Assembly: GCA_045631485.1 (NCBI GenBank)
Contig: JAZQUU010000026.1
Location: forward strand, 3,063-67,062
From: Clostridia bacterium
Lineage (GTDB): Bacteria > Bacillota > Clostridia > UMGS1840
Direction of reading: 5' to 3'
DNA: 64,000 nt
Made by a program: the position numbers and the translations under genes
Notes under the pieces: generated by a model
What the model saw: the letters and a program-made list of their open reading frames with translations, nothing else
Databases searched by the model: none
Told to the model about the DNA's origin: nothing
Shown here: positions 8,981 to 18,272 of the stretch, in pieces
How positions within the stretch are numbered: the stretch's first letter is position 1
Layout: each line of letters opens with the position of its first letter

Positions 8981-9781
8981 TTACCACTGAGTTAAACCAC
9001 CGTCAACAACGATGTTGGTACCGGTCATATAAGAAGATGCATCGGAACATAACAGAACAATACCGCCCTGCAGTTCTTCGGGTTTACCGGTACGTTTTAA
9101 CATAGCTTTTGCACTTAATCTGCCGATAAAATCCATATCAGTGTTGGGACCGATGTTGGGGAATGCGCCGGGAGTTAAGCTGTTTACACGGATATTGTGA
9201 CGAGCTAAAGCAGATGCGCAGTAACGGGTGTACTGAATGATACCTGCTTTACCGGTGCTGTATGCAGGATGATTCCAAGCAACAGTATCACCGTAAATAT
9301 CAAAGTCGGGAGCAACAATACCGTACATAGAACCGATATTTACAATGTTGCCGCCGCCGTTTGCTTTAAAATGAGGAATAATTTCTCTGGTGCAACGGAA
9401 TACGGAATGAACGATACCGTCAATCATACCTTCCCAGATTTCGTCGGGAGTGGTATCCAGATGAAATTCAATTTTACCATCAATCGGTTTGGGTGGATAA
9501 ACTGCACAGTTAACCAAAACATCTACTCTTTTCATAATAGAAATCGCTTCAGCAAAGGATTTTTTGATTGCTTCGGGATCGCTTAAATCATAAGAAGAGA
9601 AAATCAGTTTTCCGTTCTGTTTGTATTCATCGAAGGATTCGTTGTAACGGTCAGTTCTTGCAGGAACAAACACGGTTGCGCCGTGATCCAACAACGCTTT
9701 TACCATTGCGCTGCCTAAGAATCCGGTACCGCCGGTAAAAATTACATTTTTGTTTTCCATTGAAAAAAGATTGCTTGCCAT
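8981..9781 (-). CDS. Short-chain dehydrogenase/reductase (SDR)
   Basis: TGGTGFLG, NIGSMYG, catalytic YSTGK, SSYMTGTNIVVDGG; ATG 9781 after AAGGTG (alternative GTG 9793). Confidence 0.93.
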   Translation of the reverse strand: MASNLFSMENKNVIFTGGTGFLGSAMVKALLDHGATVFVPARTDRYNESFDEYKQNGKLIFSSYDLSDPEAIKKSFAEAISIMKRVDVLVNCAVYPPKPIDGKIEFHLDTTPDEIWEGMIDGIVHSVFRCTREIIPHFKANGGGNIVNIGSMYGIVAPDFDIYGDTVAWNHPAYSTGKAGIIQYTRYCASALARHNIRVNSLTPGAFPNIGPNTDMDFIGRLSAKAMLKRTGKPEELQGGIVLLCSDASSYMTGTNIVVDGGLTQW

Positions 9782-9878
9782 GATGTTTTTCACCTTTCTT
9801 GGTATTTAATTAAGTTATAACACAAAAATTATAACATATTTCATTTTCTTTCACAAGTATAAAACAGGACTTTTTTTC

Positions 9879-10676
9879 TTACATTATGTCTTGCTTTTTC
9901 TTTGGATACTCTCCAAAGAACTTTTTGAATGCCGTTCTGAATGAGGATGTTGAAGTGTATCCTACCGATTCAGCAATTTCGGCAATTGTTTTTTCACCAT
10001 CTTTTAACATTGCCTGCGCCATATTCATTCGGGACTCCAATAAAATTGCAGAAAAACTGCTGTTATAGGTTTCTTTTAAAATACGGGTTAACTGACGTTC
10101 GCAAACACCGATTTTATCAGCTAACTGCTGCTTATTACAATGTGGGAAACGCATTTCAATATTGAAAAAGTCTTCCAACAATGCAATTCTTTGCGCATCC
10201 AGATTTCCGGAAGCTTCCTCCGAAGATTGCACTTCTGTGCGGAAGTTTTGGGCAAGACGAACAAAGAATAAACGAAGCTCTGCCTTCAACTGTTCTTCGT
10301 ATCCAAAGTTTTTTTGCATCAAAGCTTCTCTGATTTCAACCAAACGAGTCAATCCGTCAAAAGTATCCTGAATTTCAACGATTTTATCAATAAATTTAAG
10401 AATCTGACAAAAGTCCTCTGAATCAGTATTAGTAAAGGTAAACAGAAAAGAGCACAGTACTCCGTCTTTTGACACAGATTTGGAAACATGCTCCGTCAAT
10501 GGCGGAACTAAGGTAAAGGATGTGATGCCATTTAATTGAGTGCACACAATTTCGTGGCACGGGTGCGTGTGTCTCCAAGGGGGTCTGTCTCCCACCATCT
10601 GGAAAAAATAAGTTGTCAGATAAATTTCCATTCCGGGAAGAGTAACACAAATTGGTTTTCGGGAGATATATTCCAT
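9879..10676 (-). CDS. AraC-family transcriptional regulator
   Basis: N-terminal HTHPCHE cupin-like motif; C-terminal IAEIAESVGYTSTSSFRTAFKKFFG. Confidence 0.9.
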   Translation of the reverse strand: MEYISRKPICVTLPGMEIYLTTYFFQMVGDRPPWRHTHPCHEIVCTQLNGITSFTLVPPLTEHVSKSVSKDGVLCSFLFTFTNTDSEDFCQILKFIDKIVEIQDTFDGLTRLVEIREALMQKNFGYEEQLKAELRLFFVRLAQNFRTEVQSSEEASGNLDAQRIALLEDFFNIEMRFPHCNKQQLADKIGVCERQLTRILKETYNSSFSAILLESRMNMAQAMLKDGEKTIAEIAESVGYTSTSSFRTAFKKFFGEYPKKKQDIM

Positions 10677-10739
10677 AATTCACTATTGCGAAACACCATA
10701 AAGGAAATCTCGCTCTCCTTTCCAATAATATCAGCAGTA

Positions 10740-12107
10740 TTATGCAAAATAGTTAATAATTCCCATTACGAAAATTACGAAAATAATGGCAGGTAATACA
10801 TAAGTCATATACCCTTTCAGCCATTTGGGAATTCTTAGGCCTTTTCCTTGGTTTGCTTCCTCTAAAAGGCGATTCCAACCGAAGCTTTTTTTATTAACAG
10901 CAAAGATAATATAAATCATTGCACCCACAGGTAAGATAATGTTGGATACTAAGAAATCTTCAAAGTCCATAATGTTGGTTCCGCTTCCAAGTAAAGAAAC
11001 ATTCTTCCAGATATTAAAGCCGAAGATGCAAGGAAGCGAAAGAACAAACATCAGGATTCCGTTTACAAGACAAGCTTTTTTACGGCTCATTTTGGTTAAA
11101 TCCATAGTGCAAGAAATGATATTTTCAAACACGGCAAACACAGTTGATAATGCCGCAAAGCTCATAAAGATAAAGAAAAAGCTTCCCCAAATTCTTCCGC
11201 CTGCCATGTGATTGAAAATATTCGGTAATGTCACAAAAATCAAAGACGGTCCGCTATCCACACTAACATTATAAGCAAAACAAGCGGGGAAAATAATCAG
11301 TCCTGATGCAATAGCAACAAAAGTATCCAATAAAGCGATATTTACAGATTCTCCAAGCAAAGAACGTTCTTTGCCGATGTAACTGCCAAAAATAGCCATA
11401 GAACCCATACCGATACTCAACGTAAAGAACGCCTGATTCATTGCCGCAACAATTACATTGATCAGTCCGTGTTCCTGAATTTTGGAAACATCGGGCAACA
11501 GATAAAATGCAAGGCCTTCTTTTCCACCGGGTAAAAAGATACTGTTAACGGCTAACACAATCATAATGCCTAAAAGCGCCAACATCATCCATTTTGTGAT
11601 TTTTTCCAGACCATTCTGCACACCGATTGAACATACCACAAATCCTATTATGATAACAATTGCGGTATAACAAATCAAAGAGATCGGATTTGCACACACT
11701 CCATTAAACACGTTCCCGATGGCTTGCACATCCAAACCGGAAAAAGCACCCTGTGCCGTCAACACAAAATACTGAAGCATCCAACCTGCCACAATGGTAT
11801 AAAACATCATCAGAAGATAGTTCCCTGCCATTGCCACATAACCGTGCCAATGCCATTTCTGACCGGGCTTTTCCAAAGCATCATATAATTTTACCGGACT
11901 TTTCTGTGCAGCACGTCCCAAAGAAAATTCCACCGTTAACGCAGGAACACCCATAAACAGCAAAAACGCCAGGTAAATAAGCACAAATAATCCGCCACCG
12001 TACTGTCCTGCGATATAAGGGAATTTCCACACATTCCCGATACCGATTGCACAACCGGCACTTAATAAAATAAATCCCAATCGACTGCCAAGTTTTTCTC
12101 TCTGCAT
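10740..12107 (-). CDS. Sodium-dependent transporter (NSS/SNF family)
   Basis: SAGCAIGIGNVWKFPY, QAFFTLSIGMG, GPSLIF; many hydrophobic segments. Confidence 0.95.
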   Translation of the reverse strand: MQREKLGSRLGFILLSAGCAIGIGNVWKFPYIAGQYGGGLFVLIYLAFLLFMGVPALTVEFSLGRAAQKSPVKLYDALEKPGQKWHWHGYVAMAGNYLLMMFYTIVAGWMLQYFVLTAQGAFSGLDVQAIGNVFNGVCANPISLICYTAIVIIIGFVVCSIGVQNGLEKITKWMMLALLGIMIVLAVNSIFLPGGKEGLAFYLLPDVSKIQEHGLINVIVAAMNQAFFTLSIGMGSMAIFGSYIGKERSLLGESVNIALLDTFVAIASGLIIFPACFAYNVSVDSGPSLIFVTLPNIFNHMAGGRIWGSFFFIFMSFAALSTVFAVFENIISCTMDLTKMSRKKACLVNGILMFVLSLPCIFGFNIWKNVSLLGSGTNIMDFEDFLVSNIILPVGAMIYIIFAVNKKSFGWNRLLEEANQGKGLRIPKWLKGYMTYVLPAIIFVIFVMGIINYFA

Positions 12108-12124
12108 TTGATTACCCTCTTTTT

Positions 12125-13585
12125 CTATAGAATTATTTTTTCAATCTGCTGACTTTCAAATTTTAATTCTCCGTCGACATAAACTTTAAATCCCTGTCCT
12201 TTTTGATATCTTTCCCCTGTTTTATCCCACAAGATGCTTAAGCAATGATTGTGATACAAAATACCGTCTGCACAGAAATAATCCATATCAGTTTCCGAAA
12301 ACAGCGGATTGATTTCGATTTTTTCATCATCTCTTGCTCTCACACCGGCTAAACCGTTTAACACCAAATCACAATAACTGGAATGATTATAGTGTCTGCC
12401 TCTGGTACGGGCAAATTCATCCCAACCTAATTCTCTGATATTTTTACGAGTGAGCCATTCTCCTGTGAAAGGGTCTAAGTTCTCGTCCACATACGGAACT
12501 TTTTCCCCGTTTTCCGAAATATCATACTGAGAATTTGCATAAAGCTTTAACCAATTAAAATAATCGGATTTATTCATCACATCCTGATTGTAATTACATA
12601 AGAAATTTCCCAGTGCGGTTAAGGTCTGGCAAGTAGCAAATGGCCAGGACGGTCCGTTCCATAAACAAACATGAGGATAAACTCTCATAAACTCGGGAGA
12701 ATTTTGTTCCGTTGTGGTGGGACCATAAGGAGCATAGAAATAATTTTTATCATTTAAGAATTTCCAGGCTTCGTTTTTGTCTTCATCCGGCATATTAAAA
12801 TACCATGGCAAATATCCGGAAATTTCACGAATATCACAAAGCCAATAACCGTTTTTACGATTTTTATAGAAAGATGCACCGTTATCCCAAAGCAGATTAT
12901 CCATTCTCTGCTTTTGGAGTTTGGCTTCTTCTTCGTAATATGCTGCTTCCTCTGTTTTACCAAGACGACCTGCAATTTTCGCCAAAGCAACTGCATCCCC
13001 GTAATGATAAGAATTGATGGTGGGACGGCATCCATTTCCGCTGGCGGAGTATTCCATGCCATCAAAATCGTCTACCTGATAGAGCAGATTATCACTTTCA
13101 CGGAACTGATGTCTGTCTGCCCATTTTTTATAATTGGCTTTCAAATCTTCATATAAGGATTCTGCCAAAGAAAAATCACCGGTTACCTTGCAGATTGCAT
13201 ACACAGAATCGGAAAGCCAACCGCTGTATGTCATGGGGTCTGCCCCTTCTTTAAACCAAAAGCGAGCATAGTCATCTAAATATTTAGGATTATGAAGCCA
13301 TCTGCCTTCATACATATGATGCCCGATGGGACAAGCAATACTTCCGTAAATGCCACCCCAGAAAACCTCGGGGGTAAATTCGGTGATAATATATCCCAAA
13401 GGAGTTTCTTTGATATGGCTGCAATAACTGTGCCAACGGTAATAATAAACTTCTTCAATATTTTTATCGGAACTGTCAACAAGCGGAATCCCTACCTCAA
13501 AAGGAGAAATTTCAGTGATACCGGATTGATACTGTTCCTTGATTGTTTCTTCATTCAGGACATAATATTTTTTTGTTTGCATCAT
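12125..13585 (-). CDS. (alpha/alpha)6 glycoside hydrolase, MGH1/GH63-like, probably cytoplasmic
   Basis: YYYRW, EGRWL, DDFDGME, PTINSY, WNGPSWPFAT, YNHSSYCDL; no signal peptide; ATG 13585 after GGAG. Confidence 0.75.
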   Translation of the reverse strand: MMQTKKYYVLNEETIKEQYQSGITEISPFEVGIPLVDSSDKNIEEVYYYRWHSYCSHIKETPLGYIITEFTPEVFWGGIYGSIACPIGHHMYEGRWLHNPKYLDDYARFWFKEGADPMTYSGWLSDSVYAICKVTGDFSLAESLYEDLKANYKKWADRHQFRESDNLLYQVDDFDGMEYSASGNGCRPTINSYHYGDAVALAKIAGRLGKTEEAAYYEEEAKLQKQRMDNLLWDNGASFYKNRKNGYWLCDIREISGYLPWYFNMPDEDKNEAWKFLNDKNYFYAPYGPTTTEQNSPEFMRVYPHVCLWNGPSWPFATCQTLTALGNFLCNYNQDVMNKSDYFNWLKLYANSQYDISENGEKVPYVDENLDPFTGEWLTRKNIRELGWDEFARTRGRHYNHSSYCDLVLNGLAGVRARDDEKIEINPLFSETDMDYFCADGILYHNHCLSILWDKTGERYQKGQGFKVYVDGELKFESQQIEKIIL

Positions 13586-13672
13586 AGTAAACTCCAAGCA
13601 ATACAAAGTATTTTCAAGAAAACAAAATATTTCTTTTATTATTATAACACATAAGCATTCATTTTGTCAAAT

Positions 13673-13712
13673 AAAAAAACATTACCGATGTCCTAATCGG
13701 TAATGTTTTTTT
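13673..13712 (-). terminator. Terminator ending the hdr-flx-frd operon
   Basis: AAAAAACATTACCGAT...ATCGGTAATGTTTTTT. Confidence 0.8.
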
Positions 13713-13737
13713 CCATATTTTTATTTTAAAATCGGTT

Positions 13738-15030
13738 TTAGAACAAAAGAATCAGAAACTGAGATACCAACACAACCGCAATTAAAGCGATGGGATAAGT
13801 TGCTGCGTAAGCTGCTGCAACATCTTCAGTACCTGCAGTACCGATTAAAGTACCCAGTGCCGGAGTGGAAGTCATACCACCGGTTAATGCACCTAAGTTG
13901 TTTAATAAGCTTAATTTTAACACGTATTTTGCAAACAGGAAACCGATAATCATTGGTACAATCGTCATAATGATACCATATACAAAATACATCACATCAA
14001 AGGTTGCAACGAATTCTGCACCGCCGGGAATACCTGCACCAACTAAGAACAATACTAAACCTAATTCACGGAACAGTTTTAAAGTGTGCTGATCGGGCAT
14101 AATATTTAATTTACCGATTCTGCCGAAATGACCGAATACCAAGGATGCCAGCAGGCAACCGCCGGTAGTAGTCAGAGAGAAACAGGTACCGTCAAGACCT
14201 GCTGCAGATAAGGGAATTTTAATTTTACCCAGAAAAGTACCAAGAACTGCAGCTAAAGCAAACATTGCAAAGCCGTGTCCGTCTAAGTTGAATAATTTTC
14301 CAACAGCTTTTTTCTTGGGTTCGTCTCCGGATGCCTGAACCAGTTTCGCGCGTTCTTCTTCCATGTTGGCTTTAGAAAGTTTCGGAACCAACTGCACAAA
14401 CAGCACAACACCGATAACACCAAAAATGTATGCAATACCATGTCCAACAGATACTAAACCTTTATATCCATCTGCTACAGTAGCTTTCGCTGCAGAGAAT
14501 GCAGGAGTGGAAGTTAAGGAACCGGATAACAAACCAACAATCATAGCAACAAAACCATCTTGTTCTTTAATAGAAGCACCATAACCAAAAACTTCACCTA
14601 AGTAAATGCAACCTACTGCTGCCAAGCCACCTGCTAAGATGATGATTAAACCTAATAATACATAGGATTTAAAGTTTCTTTTCATATTACCAAAGAATTT
14701 AGGTCCTGCAATAAAGCCAACGGAGGTAACAAATAAAATCAAGCCCAGATTTTCAATAATGGTTAATGCTTGTTCTGCATAATTAAAGGTTGTCCCATCA
14801 GGCTTAGTTAGAAGGACATCCTTTGAAACTTCAACAACCAAGCTTTGTTCTAAAGGACCGTAAAATAATGCACCAAAAACCAATGCAATAATAAATACAC
14901 CGGCATCCCCTAAGGAAACGCCTTTAATGGTAATTCTGCCCAATGCATATCCCACAAATAAGATTGCAAATACGCAGAATAATAAGAAGGAAATTCCGGT
15001 TACAGGAATTACTCCACCAAATAAATTCAT
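13738..15030 (-). CDS. AspT/YidE/YbjL-family antiporter (no TrkA-C domains), candidate succinate/dicarboxylate exporter
   Basis: Duplicated membrane domains with GSLTSTPAF and GGMTSTPAL motifs, GLILFVTSVGFIAGPKFF, YAATYP. Confidence 0.85.
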   Translation of the reverse strand: MNLFGGVIPVTGISFLLFCVFAILFVGYALGRITIKGVSLGDAGVFIIALVFGALFYGPLEQSLVVEVSKDVLLTKPDGTTFNYAEQALTIIENLGLILFVTSVGFIAGPKFFGNMKRNFKSYVLLGLIIILAGGLAAVGCIYLGEVFGYGASIKEQDGFVAMIVGLLSGSLTSTPAFSAAKATVADGYKGLVSVGHGIAYIFGVIGVVLFVQLVPKLSKANMEEERAKLVQASGDEPKKKAVGKLFNLDGHGFAMFALAAVLGTFLGKIKIPLSAAGLDGTCFSLTTTGGCLLASLVFGHFGRIGKLNIMPDQHTLKLFRELGLVLFLVGAGIPGGAEFVATFDVMYFVYGIIMTIVPMIIGFLFAKYVLKLSLLNNLGALTGGMTSTPALGTLIGTAGTEDVAAAYAATYPIALIAVVLVSQFLILLF

Positions 15031-15052
15031 ACTTTTTCTTCCTTTCCGATTG

Positions 15053-15088
15053 ATTCCCCGAAGCTTCCTTTTGGAATCTTCGGGGAAT
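15053..15088 (-). promoter_or_regulatory. Strong intra-operon hairpin (mRNA stabiliser or partial terminator)
   Basis: ATTCCCCGAAG.TTCC-TTTT-GGAA.CTTCGGGGAAT between the flavoprotein and transporter genes, with no T-tail on the minus strand. Confidence 0.55.
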
Positions 15089-15108
15089 TTCCGTTTCTTG
15101 ATTAAATT

Positions 15109-16707
15109 TTATCTTTCGTGACGAGCATATTTGGGTAACAGCATGGGAGATACGTTATCGGTATTTAAGCCTGCTGCTTCCAATTCTTTTGCATAAGTCT
15201 GAACGTGGTCTAAGTTCATAGCGCCAAGTTCAACATCTTTTGCTTTTCTTGCAGCTGCTTTCCCTGCGTTACGTCCGAATACGATAATATCTAAAAGAGA
15301 GTTACCCATCAGACGGTTTCTGCCGTGAATACCGCCAACTGCTTCCCCTGCAACCAACAGGTTGGGGATAGCTTTGGTGTAACCTTCGCCACCGATTTCC
15401 AAACCACCGTTCTGGTAGTGGAGAGTGGGATATACCAAGATAGGTTCTTTTCTCATATCAATGCCGTAGTTTAAGTACATACGGAGCATTGCAGGAATTC
15501 TCTTTTCAATGGTGCCTTCACCGCCTAAGATTTCAATCATGGGAGTATCCAACCATACACCGGAACCTAAGGGAGTGTCAACACCTTTGCCGTTTGCACA
15601 TTCACGGATAATTGCGGAAGCGGAAACGTCACGGGTTTCTAAGGGATGCGCATAAGCTTCCCCGTCTTTGTTAACCAACATTGCACCCAAGGAACGAACT
15701 TTTTCGGTTACCAATGCACCGAAAATCTGAGAGGGATATGCAACACCGGTAGGATGATACTGAATAGTATCCTGATACAGTAAGGGAGCGCCTGCTCTGT
15801 AACCTAAAATCAGACCGTCTGCTGTTGCACCGTAGTGGTTAGAGGTGGGGAAATTCTGATAATGGAGTCTTCCTGCACCACCGGTTGCGATGATAACGGT
15901 TTTTGCTTTTGCAACCAGGTAATCGTCAGTTTCCATATTTAAGAGTACTGCACCTGCAACCTGACCTTTATCGTCTTTAATCAATTCTACTGCGGAAGTG
16001 AATTCAACAACCGGGATTTTGCGGTTGATCACTTCATCACGCAGAGTTCTCATAATTTCTGCACCGGAGTAGTCCTTACAAGCGTGCATTCTCTTACGGG
16101 AGGTACCGCCACCGTGGGTGGTAACCATTCTGCCGTCTGCATCTTTATCGAACATTACACCTAAGTCGTTTAACCAACGGATAGCATCGGGAGCTTCCAT
16201 TACCAGACGTTTTAACAGTTCGGGACGAGCTGCAAAGTGACCGCCGCCAAAAGCATCTAAATAGTGCTGAACGGGAGAGTCATTTTCTTTGTCTGCCGCC
16301 TGGATACCGCCTTCTGCCATCATGGTGTTGGCATCGCCGATTCTTAATTTGGTAACAATCATAACATTCGCGCCTGCTTCGTGAGCTTCAATTGCTGCGG
16401 AAGAACCTGCGCCGCCGCCACCGATTACCAATACGTCAACATCGTAATCCACTTTGGATAAATCGATGTTTTCATTTAATAAACGGCTGTTGGAGTGGAT
16501 TAAACCGGTCAGTTCCACAGGAGCTTTTTCCCCTTTGTTGGGACCGATTTTAATTTCTGCAAAACCTTCTTTGCGGTAGTCGGGATGATACTGTTCCAGG
16601 AGAGACTGTTTTTCTTCCGCGGTCATTCTTCTGGGTTCGGTTTTCATACGTTCCGCTCTGGTTGCTTCTACTTTTTTAATAGATTCACGCATAGATTCAG
16701 TAAACAT
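15109..16707 (-). CDS. Fumarate reductase/succinate dehydrogenase-family flavoprotein (TfrA/FrdA-like, soluble)
   Basis: GGGGAG FAD loop, ANTMMAEGG, QYHPT, VTEKVR, ETRD, HYQNGG, HGRNRLMGNSL. Confidence 0.88.
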   Translation of the reverse strand: MFTESMRESIKKVEATRAERMKTEPRRMTAEEKQSLLEQYHPDYRKEGFAEIKIGPNKGEKAPVELTGLIHSNSRLLNENIDLSKVDYDVDVLVIGGGGAGSSAAIEAHEAGANVMIVTKLRIGDANTMMAEGGIQAADKENDSPVQHYLDAFGGGHFAARPELLKRLVMEAPDAIRWLNDLGVMFDKDADGRMVTTHGGGTSRKRMHACKDYSGAEIMRTLRDEVINRKIPVVEFTSAVELIKDDKGQVAGAVLLNMETDDYLVAKAKTVIIATGGAGRLHYQNFPTSNHYGATADGLILGYRAGAPLLYQDTIQYHPTGVAYPSQIFGALVTEKVRSLGAMLVNKDGEAYAHPLETRDVSASAIIRECANGKGVDTPLGSGVWLDTPMIEILGGEGTIEKRIPAMLRMYLNYGIDMRKEPILVYPTLHYQNGGLEIGGEGYTKAIPNLLVAGEAVGGIHGRNRLMGNSLLDIIVFGRNAGKAAARKAKDVELGAMNLDHVQTYAKELEAAGLNTDNVSPMLLPKYARHER

Positions 16708-16721
16708 AATTTCTCTCCTCC

Positions 16722-17396
16722 TTACTTCTCAATTTCTCTGGTGTTGTAGAGTTCTTTCATTTCGGTGATGGGTTTCTGCATAATCTGTTCGATTAATTCA
16801 TCATAATCACCGTGGTTAATTTCTGCAACACGATTTTTCAAATGTTCGGTTTCAGGTGCGATGTATTTACCGGTTAAACGACGGGATAATACACCAACCA
16901 TGGGATGAGAAATGCCTGCGGGACATCTTACGGAACAACATCCGCAACCTACACAGTCGAAAGATAATTCCGCGCATTTTTCAAATTCGCCTCTCTGAGC
17001 GTGAGCGATGTACTGCATAACATCTAAGTCCTGAGTACAAGCTTTGGTACAAGCATTACAACCGATACAGCTGTAAATTTCGGGATATAATTCCATCATT
17101 ACCTGCTGATTGGGTTTGATATCGTTGATGCTGTAAGTTCTTTTATCTGTGGGGAAGAACGGGATGCTTGCAACATACATGCCTTCCTGCACCTGAGTCT
17201 GACAAGCCAGACAGGTTTTTAATTCATTCTGACCTTTGATACGGTAGATGGTTGCACAAGCGCCACAAAAACCGTGACGGCAGCCGCAACCTCTTTTTAA
17301 GGTGTAGCCTGCATATTCCATTGCAGTCATAATGGTTAAATCTGCAGGAACTTCGTAGCGTTTGCCGAAGAAAAATACATTTACTTTATTTTCCAT
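16722..17396 (-). CDS. FrdB/SdhB-like Fe-S subunit
   Basis: N-terminal [2Fe-2S] GCRHGFCGAC...C; CIGCNACTKAC and CVGCGCCSVRCP 4Fe-4S motifs. Confidence 0.87.
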   Translation of the reverse strand: MENKVNVFFFGKRYEVPADLTIMTAMEYAGYTLKRGCGCRHGFCGACATIYRIKGQNELKTCLACQTQVQEGMYVASIPFFPTDKRTYSINDIKPNQQVMMELYPEIYSCIGCNACTKACTQDLDVMQYIAHAQRGEFEKCAELSFDCVGCGCCSVRCPAGISHPMVGVLSRRLTGKYIAPETEHLKNRVAEINHGDYDELIEQIMQKPITEMKELYNTREIEK

Positions 17397-17417
17397 ATTC
17401 TAAACTTCCTTCCTCTC

Positions 17418-18272
17418 TTAATATTCAGCCGGTAATTCGTCGATTTCGTCACAACGGAAAACGGGACCGTCTTTACAAACGTATTTGGAACCGATGTTAC
17501 AACGTCCGCATTTACCAACACCGCATTTCATTCTAAGTTCCAAAGTGGTATAAACCTGTTCTTTGGAGAAGCCCATTTCGATTAATGCTGCCAAAACGAA
17601 TTTGATCATAATCGGTGGTCCGCATACCAATGCAGTTTTGTTGTTTTCAAAACCGAGTTCTTTTAAGAAGGAAGGAACAAATCCAACGTGACCGTCCCAG
17701 CCTTCCTGTTCACGGTCGATGGTGAGATGCACGTTAATGCCCTCTTCTTTTGCCCAAACTTCTTTGATTTCTTTTAAGTAAACCAAGTCATCCATACTTC
17801 TGGAACCGTATAAGATATCAACGGTGCCGTAGTTTGCTCTGTTATCAATTACATAGTTGATAACGGAACGAAGAGGAGCCAAACCGATACCACCTGCGAT
17901 AAAGAGCAGGTTTTTGCCTTTTAATTCGGTTTCTACGGGGAAATTGTTGCCGTAGGGACCTCTTACGGTCAGTTCTTCGCCAACTTCCATGGTGTGAAGA
18001 TAATCGGTTAAAACACCGCATTTTTTGATACTGAATTCCTGATATTCTTTATTGGTGGGAGAAGAAGTGATGGAGAACATCGCTTCCCCAACACCCGGCA
18101 CGGAAACCATTGCACACTGACCGGGCAGATGTTCAAACAGTTTGCCGCCTTCCGGTGCATTCACACGGAAAGTTTTAACATCGGGAGTCTGCTGGGTAAT
18201 ATGAGTAATAATGCCGATTTTCGGAACTAAAGTATCTTCGGTGTAATGTTCATGACAATTGCAATCGCACAT
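17418..18272 (-). CDS. flxA: FlxA/AsrB-like FAD/NAD(P)H-binding oxidoreductase with [2Fe-2S]
   Basis: PGQ, FSITS, RGPYGN, AGGIGLAP, CGPPIM, MKCGVGKCGRC...VCKDGP. Confidence 0.85.
   Translation of the reverse strand: MCDCNCHEHYTEDTLVPKIGIITHITQQTPDVKTFRVNAPEGGKLFEHLPGQCAMVSVPGVGEAMFSITSSPTNKEYQEFSIKKCGVLTDYLHTMEVGEELTVRGPYGNNFPVETELKGKNLLFIAGGIGLAPLRSVINYVIDNRANYGTVDILYGSRSMDDLVYLKEIKEVWAKEEGINVHLTIDREQEGWDGHVGFVPSFLKELGFENNKTALVCGPPIMIKFVLAALIEMGFSKEQVYTTLELRMKCGVGKCGRCNIGSKYVCKDGPVFRCDEIDELPAEY

Noticed and set aside
15109-16707. L-aspartate oxidase NadB
   Set aside because: No nadA/nadC nearby and it is paired with an FrdB-like Fe-S subunit; disfavoured but not formally excluded.
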